From the IMG/VR virus record IMGVR_UViG_2734482773_000004: a stretch of DNA of 35,714 nt; one strand, given 5' to 3'. The DNA comes from a virus (Duplodnaviria > Heunggongvirae > Uroviricota > Caudoviricetes). A program made the position numbers and the translations under genes. This document shows, in pieces, positions 18,576-27,477 of this stretch (position 1 is its first letter; each line of letters opens with the position of its first letter). A model generated the notes under the pieces. The model had not been told where the DNA came from. It saw only the letters and a program-made list of their open reading frames with translations, and did no database searches.

Positions 18576-19327
18576 GACGGGTGTTTGTGGATAAAAAGTT
18601 TTCCATTTTGAGAAAAAGAGTAAAGCATTCTCAAAAGAAAGTTATGGATTGTATTATTGCTGACCATAATGCTGATATATGTGTGTTATGCGGGAGTTCT
18701 GACGATATTACTCGTGAGCACATTATTCCTCAGTGGGCCTTTGAGTCAAATGCTGAAAAATCTTTAATTAATAAAAAGAATAATCAGTCAACTCATTACA
18801 TTAAAGCCACTGTACCAGCATGCAGAGTGTGCAATTCTGATTTGCTGGGAGTGTTTGAGTATAACCTGAAGAAATTTCTTACGGAAAAGAGGGGGGGTGA
18901 GTTAACAGATTATGAATATGATTGCATCATATGGTGGTTGCAATACATGGGCTTCAAGTTGCAATTAATGGATTTACGGACCCGCTTTCTCAGGTATAAA
19001 GGGGGTGATTATATCCCTTTTCTTGCAAACTTCCCGGTTGCAATGTTTTGGGGGGATGTCGATACGACGCCGGGGGATGTCTTCAGGATTATACGAAAAT
19101 CGCGACGCAATCTGATGTCGAAATGGAAGGATAAAAAACATAATTCTTTGATGGTTTTTGAAACATCAAACAAGAGTTTTCATTTCTTTCATAAGGTTGA
19201 TGAATTTATTTTTATTGAAATACCTCAGGTTAAGAAGGCGTTTTTCTTCTTTTTTAATAAAGAATTTGACAGCCATGATTTAGCTCATGAGGAGTGTATG
19301 AAGATTATAGAGAAGTGCTACAACTAA
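18572..19327 (+). CDS. Cargo: HNH-motif nuclease-like protein with unknown C-terminal domain, 251 aa
   Basis: CVLCG...REHIIPQW...N...CRVCN follows the HNH zinc-finger pattern; ATG overlaps S stop; AT-rich; occupies the P2 orf30 locus between S and V. Confidence 0.7.
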   Translation: MRRVFVDKKFSILRKRVKHSQKKVMDCIIADHNADICVLCGSSDDITREHIIPQWAFESNAEKSLINKKNNQSTHYIKATVPACRVCNSDLLGVFEYNLKKFLTEKRGGELTDYEYDCIIWWLQYMGFKLQLMDLRTRFLRYKGGDYIPFLANFPVAMFWGDVDTTPGDVFRIIRKSRRNLMSKWKDKKHNSLMVFETSNKSFHFFHKVDEFIFIEIPQVKKAFFFFFNKEFDSHDLAHEECMKIIEKCYN

Positions 19328-19336
19328 TATTTATTA

Positions 19337-19355
19337 TGTTGTGTCACAGCTGACA
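19337..19355. promoter_or_regulatory. Candidate late-promoter element upstream of V: TGTTGTGTCA plus palindrome TGTCA-N4-TGACA
   Basis: Decamer shared with the O upstream region; perfect dyad tgtcacagctgaca at 19342..19355. Confidence 0.4.
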
Positions 19356-19404
19356 GAATCCTCCATGATTGCTGCTGGTATCGTCCGGCGGCATCCTTCC
19401 CGTT

Positions 19405-20040
19405 ATGAACACTCTCGCAAATATTCAGGAACTCGCGCGCGCACTGCGCAACATGATTCGCACCGGCATTATCGTCGAAACTGACCTTAACGCCGGTCGC
19501 TGCCGTGTGCAGACCGGCGGCATGTGCACTGACTGGCTTCAGTGGCTGACCCATCGCGCCGGACGTTCGCGCACATGGTGGGCACCTTCCGTGGGGGAAC
19601 AGGTGCTGATTCTGGCCGTGGGCGGTGAACTCGACACGGCGTTCGTTCTGCCGGGGATTTATTCCGGCGATAACCCCGCGCCGTCTGCGTCGTCTGATGC
19701 CCTGCATATCCGTTTCCCTGACGGGGCGGTGATTGAATATGAACCTGAAACCAGTGCACTCACGGTAAGCGGAATTAAAACGGCCAGCGTGACGGCTTCT
19801 GATTCTGTTACTGCCACGGTGCCGGTGGTCATGGTGAAAGCATCAACCCGCGTCACCCTGGACACACCGGAGGTGGTTTGCACCAACAGGCTGATTACCG
19901 GCACGCTGGAAGTGCAGAAGGGCGGGACGATGCGCGGCAACATTGAACACACCGGCGGTGAGCTCTCATCAAACGGTAAGGTACTGCATACCCATAAACA
20001 CCCCGGCGACAGCGGCGGCACAACCGGGGGACCTCTATGA
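19405..20040 (+). CDS. V: Baseplate spike protein V, 211 aa from ATG 19405
   Basis: Internal start MNTLANIQELARAL gives P2 length. Confidence 0.9.
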   Translation: MNTLANIQELARALRNMIRTGIIVETDLNAGRCRVQTGGMCTDWLQWLTHRAGRSRTWWAPSVGEQVLILAVGGELDTAFVLPGIYSGDNPAPSASSDALHIRFPDGAVIEYEPETSALTVSGIKTASVTASDSVTATVPVVMVKASTRVTLDTPEVVCTNRLITGTLEVQKGGTMRGNIEHTGGELSSNGKVLHTHKHPGDSGGTTGGPL

Positions 20041-20384
20041 CTGCGCGTTATCTCGGAATGAATCGCAGTGATGGCCTGACTGTCACTGACCTTGAGCATA
20101 TCAGCCAGAGTATCGGCGATATCCTGCGTACCCCCGTCGGCTCACGGGTGATGCGTCGTGATTACGGCTCGTTGCTGGCGTCAATGATTGACCAGCCGCA
20201 GACCCCGGCGCTTGAGTTGCAGATTAAGGTCGCCTGTTACATGGCGGTGCTGAAATGGGAACCCCGCGTAACCCTGTCATCCGTCACCACTGAGCGCAGT
20301 TTTGACGGGCGAATGACTGTCACTTTGACCGGCCAGCACAACGACACCGGCCAGCCACTTTCGTTAACCATCCCTGTGAGTTGA
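20037..20384 (+). CDS. W: Baseplate protein W, 115 aa
   Basis: Position and length as P2 W; start overlaps V stop. Confidence 0.9.
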   Translation: MTARYLGMNRSDGLTVTDLEHISQSIGDILRTPVGSRVMRRDYGSLLASMIDQPQTPALELQIKVACYMAVLKWEPRVTLSSVTTERSFDGRMTVTLTGQHNDTGQPLSLTIPVS

Positions 20385-20388
20385 AACC

Positions 20389-21297
20389 ATGCCGATTATC
20401 GACCTGAACCAGCTACCCGCACCGGATGTGGTCGAGGAGCTGGACTTTGAAACCATTCTTGCCGAACGCAAGGCGACACTGATTTCCCTTTACCCGGAAG
20501 ACCAGCAGGAGGCGGTCGCCCGTACCCTGACGCTGGAATCTGAGCCTCTCGTCAAACTGCTGGAGGAAAATGCTTATCGTGAGCTTATCTGGCGTCAGCG
20601 TGTGAATGAGGCCGCACGGGCGGTGATGCTGGCCTGTGCCGCCGGTAATGACCTTGATGTGATTGGTGCCAATTACAACACCACGCGCCTGATTATCACC
20701 CCGGCAGATGATTCGACTATCCCGCCGACACCGGCAGTGATGGAATCTGACACCGATTATCGTCTGCGTATTCAGCAGGCTTTTGAGGGCTTAAGCGTCG
20801 CCGGGTCAGTGGGAGCCTATCAGTATCATGGTCGCAGTGCTGACGGGCGTGTCGCGGATATTTCTGTCACCAGTCCGTCTCCTGCCTGTGTCACCATCTC
20901 TGTGCTGTCACGTGAAAATAACGGCGTCGCATCCGAAGACCTGCTGGCTGTGGTGCGTAACGCCCTTAATGGCGAGGACGTCAGGCCGGTGGCCGACCGC
21001 GTGACCGTGCAGTCTGCCGCCATCGTTGAATACCAGATAAACGCCACGCTTTACCTTTACCCTGGTCCCGAAAGCGAACCCATCCGCGCTGCCGCCGTGA
21101 AAAAACTGGAAGCGTACATCACGGCACAGCACCGGCTGGGGCGCGACATCCGTCTGTCTGCCATTTATGCCGCTTTGCATGTGGAAGGCGTGCAGCGTGT
21201 CGAGCTGGCCGCACCACTGGCCGACATCGTGCTCAACAGTACGCAGGCGTCTTTCTGCACCGAATACCGCGTCGTGACCGGAGGCTCGGATGAGTGA
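20389..21297 (+). CDS. J: Baseplate protein J, 302 aa
   Basis: Position and length as P2 J. Confidence 0.9.
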   Translation: MPIIDLNQLPAPDVVEELDFETILAERKATLISLYPEDQQEAVARTLTLESEPLVKLLEENAYRELIWRQRVNEAARAVMLACAAGNDLDVIGANYNTTRLIITPADDSTIPPTPAVMESDTDYRLRIQQAFEGLSVAGSVGAYQYHGRSADGRVADISVTSPSPACVTISVLSRENNGVASEDLLAVVRNALNGEDVRPVADRVTVQSAAIVEYQINATLYLYPGPESEPIRAAAVKKLEAYITAQHRLGRDIRLSAIYAALHVEGVQRVELAAPLADIVLNSTQASFCTEYRVVTGGSDE

Positions 21298-21820
21298 TTC
21301 GCGACTGCTGCCGACCGGCTCATCACCGCTTGAAGTTGCTGCCGCAAAAGCCTGTGCGGAAATTGAAAAAACGCCGGTCAGGATTCGTGAGCTGTGGAAC
21401 CCGGACACCTGCCCGGCAAATTTGCTGCCGTGGCTGGCGTGGGCGTTTTCGGTCGACAGGTGGGATGAAAAGTGGCCGGAAGCGACAAAACGCGCCGTTA
21501 TCCGCGATGCCTATTTCATCCACTGTCATAAGGGCACTATAGGTGCAATCCGGCGTGTGGTGGAGCCGCTCGGCTATCTCATCAACGTGACGGAGTGGTG
21601 GGAAAACAGTGACCCGCCCGGCACCTTCCGGCTTGATATTGGTGTACTGGAAAGCGGTATCACAGAGGCAATGTATCAGGAAATGGAACGGCTGATTGCT
21701 GATGCCAAACCTGCAAGCCGCCACCTTATTGGTCTGAACATTACCCGGGACATTCCCGGCTACCTGTTCGTCGGTGGTGTGGCTTATGACGGCGATGTAA
21801 TTACGGTTTACCCCGGATAA
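21290..21820 (+). CDS. I: Baseplate/tail-fibre attachment protein I, 176 aa
   Basis: Position and length as P2 I; overlaps J end. Confidence 0.9.
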   Translation: MSDSRLLPTGSSPLEVAAAKACAEIEKTPVRIRELWNPDTCPANLLPWLAWAFSVDRWDEKWPEATKRAVIRDAYFIHCHKGTIGAIRRVVEPLGYLINVTEWWENSDPPGTFRLDIGVLESGITEAMYQEMERLIADAKPASRHLIGLNITRDIPGYLFVGGVAYDGDVITVYPG

Positions 21821-21830
21821 GTGAGGAATA

Positions 21831-24149
21831 ATGAGCACAAAATTCAGAACCGTTATCACCACTGCCGGTGCAGCAAAGCTGGCAGCGGCAACCGCACCGG
21901 GAGGGCGGAAGGTCAACATTACCACGATGGCCGTCGGGGATGGCGGTGGTAAATTGCCTGTCCCGGATGCCGGACAGACCGGGCTTATCCACGAAGTCTG
22001 GCGACATGCGCTGAACAAAATCAGCCAGGACAAACGAAACAGTAATTATATTATCGCAGAGCTGGTTATTCCGCCGGAGGTGGGCGGTTTCTGGATGCGT
22101 GAGCTTGGCCTGTACGATGATGCAGGAACGTTAATTGCCGTGGCGAACATGGCCGAAAGTTATAAGCCTGCCCTTGCCGAAGGCTCAGGGCGTTCGCAGA
22201 CCTGCCGCATGGTCATCATCGTCAGCAGTGTGGCCTCAGTGGAGCTGACCATTGACACCACAACGGTGATGGCAACGCAGGATTACGTTGATGACAAAAT
22301 TGCAGAGCACGAACAGTCACGACGTCACCCGGACGCCTCGCTGACCGCAAAAGGTTTTACTCAGCTAAGCAGCGCGACCAACAGCACGTCTGAAACACTG
22401 GCCGCAACGCCGAAAGCGGTAAAGGCCGCCTATGACCTTGCTAACGGGAAATATACTGCGCAGGATGCCACCACGGCGCGAAAAGGCCTTGTTCAGCTCA
22501 GTAGTGCGACCAACAGCTCGTCTGAAACGCTCGCCGCAACGCCGAAAGCGGTAAAGGCAGCATATGACCTTGCTAACGGGAAATACACTGCACAGGACGC
22601 CACCACCGCGCGAAAAGGCCTTGTTCAGCTTAGTAGCGCCACCAACAGCGATTCTGAAACGCTTGCGGCAACACCAAAGGCGGTTAAGACAGCGTATGAC
22701 CTTGCTAACGGGAAATACACTGCACAGGATGCCACCACTGCGCGAAAAGGTCTTGTCCAGCTAAGTAGCGCCACCAACAGTGATTCTGAAACCCTCGCGG
22801 CAACGCCAAAAGCAGTGAAGTCTGCCTATGACAATGCTGAAAAACGTCTTCAGAAAGATCAGAACGGTGCGGATATTCCGGGAAAGGATACCTTCACGAA
22901 AAATATCGGAGCCTGTCGTGCTTATAGCGGCGCTTTGAGCACTGAAGCCGGAAACTGGACAACCGCTCAGTTTATTGAATGGCTGGATTCCCGTGGTGCA
23001 TTTAATCATCCGTACTGGATGTGCAAAGGCTCCTGGTCATATGCAAATAACAAAATCATTACGGATACCGGATGTGGTGATATCCACCTGGCTGGTTGTG
23101 TCGTCGAGGTCATGGGAACTAAATCTGCAATCACTATCCGAGTGACCACGCCGACAACATCAAGCGGTGGCGGTACAACCAGCGCGCAATTCACTTACAT
23201 TAATCATGGGGACGGCTACTCCCCCGGCTGGCGTCGTGACTGGAATCGTCAGGGCGACTCAATGACCGGAACGATTAATCAGGATGGCGGAAGCCAGAAT
23301 GCCTATATGTCTACGGCCTTATGTTCAGGCACCAGAGGCGGCAAAAAATATCTCAGAAAGTTTCGTGGTGGAGAAGGAGACACTATCTGGCATGAAACAG
23401 TACAGGGCGGGGTAGTTCGCTGGGCGACTGGTAATACTGATGCTCAGGAAGAATTATCACTCAGCTCCGCTTATGGTCTCCGTTCAAGAGGTGAGATTAC
23501 ATCAAGCAGTGCTAATGGTCTGCGCATTGCTTATGGCAATTATGGATTCTTTATCAGGAATGATGGCAGCAGCACTTATTTTATGTTGACTAAATCAGGT
23601 GACAGATTAGGCACTTATAATAATTTAAGACCACTGATTATAAATGATGCCACGGGTGCTGTATCAATGGGGCATGGCCTGAGTGTTACTGGTGATATTG
23701 CCTCAAGTACCAAAGTACGTGCCGGTAGCGGGAAAAAATTCACGGTCAGCAGCAGTAATACATCCACGAAGGAAGCCGCATTCAATTTGTGGGGCAACTC
23801 AAGTCGTCCGGTGGTGGCTGAATTAGGTGATGATGCAGGCTGGCATTTTTACAGTCAGAGAAATACAGATAACAGCATCACTTTTGCTGTTAACGGGCAG
23901 GTATCACCATCTAACTATAGTAATTTTGATTCACGCTATGTCCGGGATATCCGGCTTGGTGGTGCTGCCACATACAAACCTGCGAACAATGGCATGACAT
24001 GGACACATCAGGCACCGTCCGGGTGTGTATATTCCGGCATTATTGTTCAGGATACCGGCTCAAACTCTGCCGATAACATTGGTGGCGTATATTACAGACC
24101 GGTGCAGAAATACATTAACGGGACTTGGTATAACGTGGCGCAGGTATAA
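21831..24149 (+). CDS. H: Tail fibre protein H, 772 aa, with four tandem 44-aa repeats and a divergent AT-rich C-terminal domain
   Basis: Position after I; about 100 aa longer than recalled P2 H (669 aa), roughly the size of the repeat expansion; C-terminal half lies in lower-GC DNA. Confidence 0.88.
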   Translation: MSTKFRTVITTAGAAKLAAATAPGGRKVNITTMAVGDGGGKLPVPDAGQTGLIHEVWRHALNKISQDKRNSNYIIAELVIPPEVGGFWMRELGLYDDAGTLIAVANMAESYKPALAEGSGRSQTCRMVIIVSSVASVELTIDTTTVMATQDYVDDKIAEHEQSRRHPDASLTAKGFTQLSSATNSTSETLAATPKAVKAAYDLANGKYTAQDATTARKGLVQLSSATNSSSETLAATPKAVKAAYDLANGKYTAQDATTARKGLVQLSSATNSDSETLAATPKAVKTAYDLANGKYTAQDATTARKGLVQLSSATNSDSETLAATPKAVKSAYDNAEKRLQKDQNGADIPGKDTFTKNIGACRAYSGALSTEAGNWTTAQFIEWLDSRGAFNHPYWMCKGSWSYANNKIITDTGCGDIHLAGCVVEVMGTKSAITIRVTTPTTSSGGGTTSAQFTYINHGDGYSPGWRRDWNRQGDSMTGTINQDGGSQNAYMSTALCSGTRGGKKYLRKFRGGEGDTIWHETVQGGVVRWATGNTDAQEELSLSSAYGLRSRGEITSSSANGLRIAYGNYGFFIRNDGSSTYFMLTKSGDRLGTYNNLRPLIINDATGAVSMGHGLSVTGDIASSTKVRAGSGKKFTVSSSNTSTKEAAFNLWGNSSRPVVAELGDDAGWHFYSQRNTDNSITFAVNGQVSPSNYSNFDSRYVRDIRLGGAATYKPANNGMTWTHQAPSGCVYSGIIVQDTGSNSADNIGGVYYRPVQKYINGTWYNVAQV
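22350..22877 (+). repeat. Four tandem 132-bp (44-codon) in-frame repeats within H
   Basis: aaagg repeat anchors at 22350, 22482, 22614 and 22746 (period exactly 132); protein unit is approximately KGLVQLSSATNS-SETLAATPKAVKAAYDLANGKYTAQDATTAR. Confidence 0.9.
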
Positions 24150-24152
24150 TTT

Positions 24153-24680
24153 ATGCAGCATTTGATAAATATAACGGCAGGTAATCCAAAAACGGTTGAA
24201 CAATATCAATTGACAAAGGATTTTGATGTTGTCTGGTTTTTTACAGAAGATGGTAAGAACTGGTACGAAGAACAAAAGTATTTTGCTGATGACACGATAA
24301 AAATAGCGTACGACAAAGATAATATCATCCGCTATGTGGAAAAGGATGTGACAGCTATCAGACCGGATGGATTAAGTGTGGTTGAAGTGGCGGATATTAC
24401 TGCTAACCGACGGGCGGATATTTCAGGGGGCTGGATGTTTAAGGACGGCAAAGTGATTAAACGCATTTATACGGCAGAGGAATTACAGCAGCAGGCAGAA
24501 ATTCGGAAAGCCAGACTTCTTGCAGATGCTGAATCCGTGATTTTGCCGCTGGAGCGCGCGGTCAGACTGAACATGGCAACAGATGAGGAGCGTAGCCGAC
24601 TGGAAGCATGGGAGCGCTACAGCGTTCTGGTCAGTCGTGTGGATCCTGCAAATCCTGAATGGCCGGAAATGCCGCAATAA
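24153..24680 (+). CDS. G: Tail fibre assembly chaperone G, 175 aa
   Basis: Immediately downstream of H; length as P2 G; AT-rich 5' portion. Confidence 0.85.
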   Translation: MQHLINITAGNPKTVEQYQLTKDFDVVWFFTEDGKNWYEEQKYFADDTIKIAYDKDNIIRYVEKDVTAIRPDGLSVVEVADITANRRADISGGWMFKDGKVIKRIYTAEELQQQAEIRKARLLADAESVILPLERAVRLNMATDEERSRLEAWERYSVLVSRVDPANPEWPEMPQ

Positions 24681-24849
24681 GTTGTATGAGCTCTGGTGTG
24701 AGCTTACATATCTATGGCACAGAGTAAAGCCTAATCTGACAGTCAGCTCTGTGCCAAAAGCAGACGTTCAAGTTATACTGTCCATTTCTGCAATCAGTCA
24801 CCTGCAACTATGCGGCCAATTGCAAAGATGGCGGTAATAAACAATAGTT

Positions 24850-24885
24850 GATTTGCCGGCGTGGTCGTATAAATGCTGGCAAATC
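24850..24885 (-). terminator. Possible terminator hairpin downstream of the minus-strand cargo gene
   Basis: gatttgccggc (24850..24860) pairs with gctggcaaatc (24875..24885) with one mismatch; moderately T-rich following sequence on the minus strand. Confidence 0.3.
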
Positions 24886-24925
24886 CCCTCTTGACGTAAT
24901 TCCCAGCCCCATCCGGACACGATAG

Positions 24926-25630
24926 TCATTTTGTTTTCATATCGTTTTTTAAGCTCTTCTGTTTGAACTCCAACCCATTAATATTCTCCATGCGAAAGTA
25001 AGTCAGCTGATGAATCACTTTCCCGTTAACCACGTTCCATGTAAAAACATTTTCGTCATACACTTTTGCTATTGCATATTCTTTATTATTCATGATAAAT
25101 ACTGTGAATTCGTTGCCGTGAACAGATGATCTACCCAGTCCTATAAAGGTAAGGGAAAAGAAGAAAGCAATGGCTGCACCGTTGAGAGCCTGAATACCAA
25201 ACTCTCTGATATTCCCTCTATCAAAGGAAGCATTTTTCTTTTCAACATGGATAGGTATCCACTGGCTCAGCAAGTGTAAAAGAACGAGCGCATTAAAAAC
25301 AAAAAGCAGCAGAATGTCGAGTGGAATGTTTAGCATGGAATATGCACCGGCCACATATACTACGCTTATCCCTAAATGTGCAGCGGCTCTTTTATGTTTA
25401 TCATCCTTCGCCCATATAAGAAAAGCAGTGGATATCGTCAATAAAGGAAATGAAAAAAGACATATACTCATAATGTCATTGCTTATCGTGGGAATGCTGA
25501 GAGTTATTAAATCCAACGGTATATTCAGCTCACTGGCGACCCCCCTTTCATAAAAATATACGGCGGCATAAAAAGCTGCCGTCAGGCCCGCTACAAATAA
25601 AGATTCTTTTTTTAAGATATAGTTGTACAT
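24926..25630 (-). CDS. Cargo: polytopic membrane protein (about 4 predicted TM helices) with small C-terminal soluble domain, 234 aa
   Basis: Hydrophobic segments at roughly residues 11-27, 45-70, 83-120 and 150-168; AT-rich; minus strand within the G-FI variable locus. Confidence 0.65.
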   Translation of the reverse strand: MYNYILKKESLFVAGLTAAFYAAVYFYERGVASELNIPLDLITLSIPTISNDIMSICLFSFPLLTISTAFLIWAKDDKHKRAAAHLGISVVYVAGAYSMLNIPLDILLLFVFNALVLLHLLSQWIPIHVEKKNASFDRGNIREFGIQALNGAAIAFFFSLTFIGLGRSSVHGNEFTVFIMNNKEYAIAKVYDENVFTWNVVNGKVIHQLTYFRMENINGLEFKQKSLKNDMKTK

Positions 25631-26157
25631 AACATTCCTGTAATGCTTTTTTCAGCATATCAAATTGCCTGACTGGCCCGACAACTCATTTCATAACGAA
25701 CTAAATGTTCGCAAAATGCAGGGAGTCAGAGACTTCTTTTCGGTCTGATTAATACTCCCAAACCACCGCGATGTCCCTTACACTGAAGAGAATGCGATAG
25801 CATCAGAAATAATTTATCAGTTCAGATTCGTTGAGTTCTATGACTATGAGCACGTGTATTTCCTTGATTGCCGTTCCATCACGACAGGTCCGCAACGTGC
25901 TAGAAATAGATATTATAACATTTGTATGTCCTAATTTCCTAGAGCTGTGAGCAGATCAACGTCATTTCGTCCTGACCGGCCCCCTATACTTCCTACAGTT
26001 CTGATGTTGCTGCTGGGCGAAGCTGAAATCGAAGGAGGGAATACTCTTATTTAACGTTAGCGGAGAATGTGTTTCGACAAAATCCGCTAATTTTACCACA
26101 AAAAATGAGGGAATGGGCTAAGCCCAATTAAGCTTATTAAACAAATAATCTGAAGAT

Positions 26158-27123
26158 TTATTTGTTGGCATTTTTCTCTTTTCCGAATTTGTATTTTAGT
26201 TCATCTACTGTAATGATATCTATCTCAATTGGGAAATTGGCTTTACGCTTGATTTTTGAAATCAGCTTCATGAATGAGTTCGCTTCATTATAATTTTTTG
26301 CCGTGATTACATAGACAATATAGACTCTAAAGCCTTTAAAATGCCTCCAGCTCTCGTTGATCAAATCTAGGGTGCTAAGAATATTAGCGCTCTTCAGCGG
26401 ACTAAACACATCGATTTCCAAGAAAATAATTTCACCAGTTAAAACTCCATTGGAAATTGGAGGGTAATAAGCGCCATCAAAATTGTGATAACCGAATTCA
26501 TTTCTCATCTCGGTTTTGTCAACATCAAAACTTACATCAAGCTTAGATTCAGCATATTGAAAAGCCATATATGATACTTCATTACCGAGTTTTTTAAGCA
26601 TTTTCTCCTTCTTGTCAACAGTCTCAGAGACAGAATTCAAGGGGGAGGTCTTTAATGATGGGATAATGGTGCCTACCGAGAAATATTTGTCATCTTGTTT
26701 AGAGGACTCACTTTCTTGTCGACTGTTTTCATCTTTACCAGCAAACTCATTATTTTTAGGAGTCATTTCCTCTTCTAATATAGATACGTTTGGCACATCA
26801 TTTTTATCTAATGGGGAGGTAATGGATATACCCTGCAGACCTATCAAAGTCATATAGTTTTTCTCATCCGCAAAATCACTGGGAGCATAAAGGGACTCCG
26901 GCTTCTTATGGAGAGTGAAAAAAAATAGACTAACTAAGAATGTAGGGAAGAACATTAGAAAAAATATATATATTTTTTGATTTGGCTCGGATATCCATGG
27001 GAGTATTGCTGTACCGCTTACCTCTGCTAGCCCAGCAAACATTGCAATAATAGTTAAGGGGTTTTTTACTAATGAAATAGCACCAGCCATTGTCATATCC
27101 TTATAAAAATTCAAATAGCTCAT
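26158..27123 (-). CDS. Cargo: membrane-anchored protein (2 N-terminal TM helices, acidic/Ser-rich linker, C-terminal domain of about 150 aa), 321 aa
   Basis: N-terminal hydrophobic helices, low-complexity linker (EEEMTPKNNEFAGKDENSRQESESSKQDDK), AT-rich; minus strand within the G-FI variable locus. Confidence 0.65.
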   Translation of the reverse strand: MSYLNFYKDMTMAGAISLVKNPLTIIAMFAGLAEVSGTAILPWISEPNQKIYIFFLMFFPTFLVSLFFFTLHKKPESLYAPSDFADEKNYMTLIGLQGISITSPLDKNDVPNVSILEEEMTPKNNEFAGKDENSRQESESSKQDDKYFSVGTIIPSLKTSPLNSVSETVDKKEKMLKKLGNEVSYMAFQYAESKLDVSFDVDKTEMRNEFGYHNFDGAYYPPISNGVLTGEIIFLEIDVFSPLKSANILSTLDLINESWRHFKGFRVYIVYVITAKNYNEANSFMKLISKIKRKANFPIEIDIITVDELKYKFGKEKNANK

Positions 27124-27385
27124 TGCGACACACGCTCACCAGAGCGTGAAATTTGTTCATATCTTAATTATTAAAACCTACTGAGTCCACAATGTCATTT
27201 TATCTCGCTGGAGTCCAGAGTGACCAGTTCCCAGTGATTGACAATTAATGTTGTTAGCAATGCCTGCATCTCGCTCAAAGCAGACTGTCAGATTTGACAA
27301 AGTTTTGGCTACGTAATTTGTCAGTTGGAAACTGAGTGAGTGCAAATCATGACAGGTAGGCGGATTACCCGCCTTTTCTTTGTCT

Positions 27386-27395
27386 GTTGTTTCAT
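27386..27395. promoter_or_regulatory. Candidate late-promoter motif TGTTGTTTCA upstream of FI
   Basis: Variant of the decamer found upstream of O and V, followed by CTGACCAG similar to the V upstream CTGACAGA. Confidence 0.35.
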
Positions 27396-27477
27396 CCACT
27401 GACCAGCCAGGTCAAATAGCGTCTCATGCTCTGCACAACAGAAAATAGTTGCACCCATTAACCACGGAGTTAAACGG

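Noticed and set aside
22564-22764. 66-aa ORF with internal repetition inside H
   Set aside because: It is an alternate-frame read of the 132-bp tandem repeats within the H coding region, not an independent gene.
22350-22877. Possible CRISPR array suggested by regular direct repeats
   Set aside because: The repeats are 132 bp, contiguous without spacers, in-frame and inside a tail fibre gene. No CRISPR-like short repeat-spacer array exists anywhere in the window.
24583-24837. 84-aa ORF overlapping the 3' end of G and extending into the intergenic region
   Set aside because: It overlaps G in another frame and has no start context; the intergenic part more likely holds the terminator region for the convergent G and cargo transcripts.
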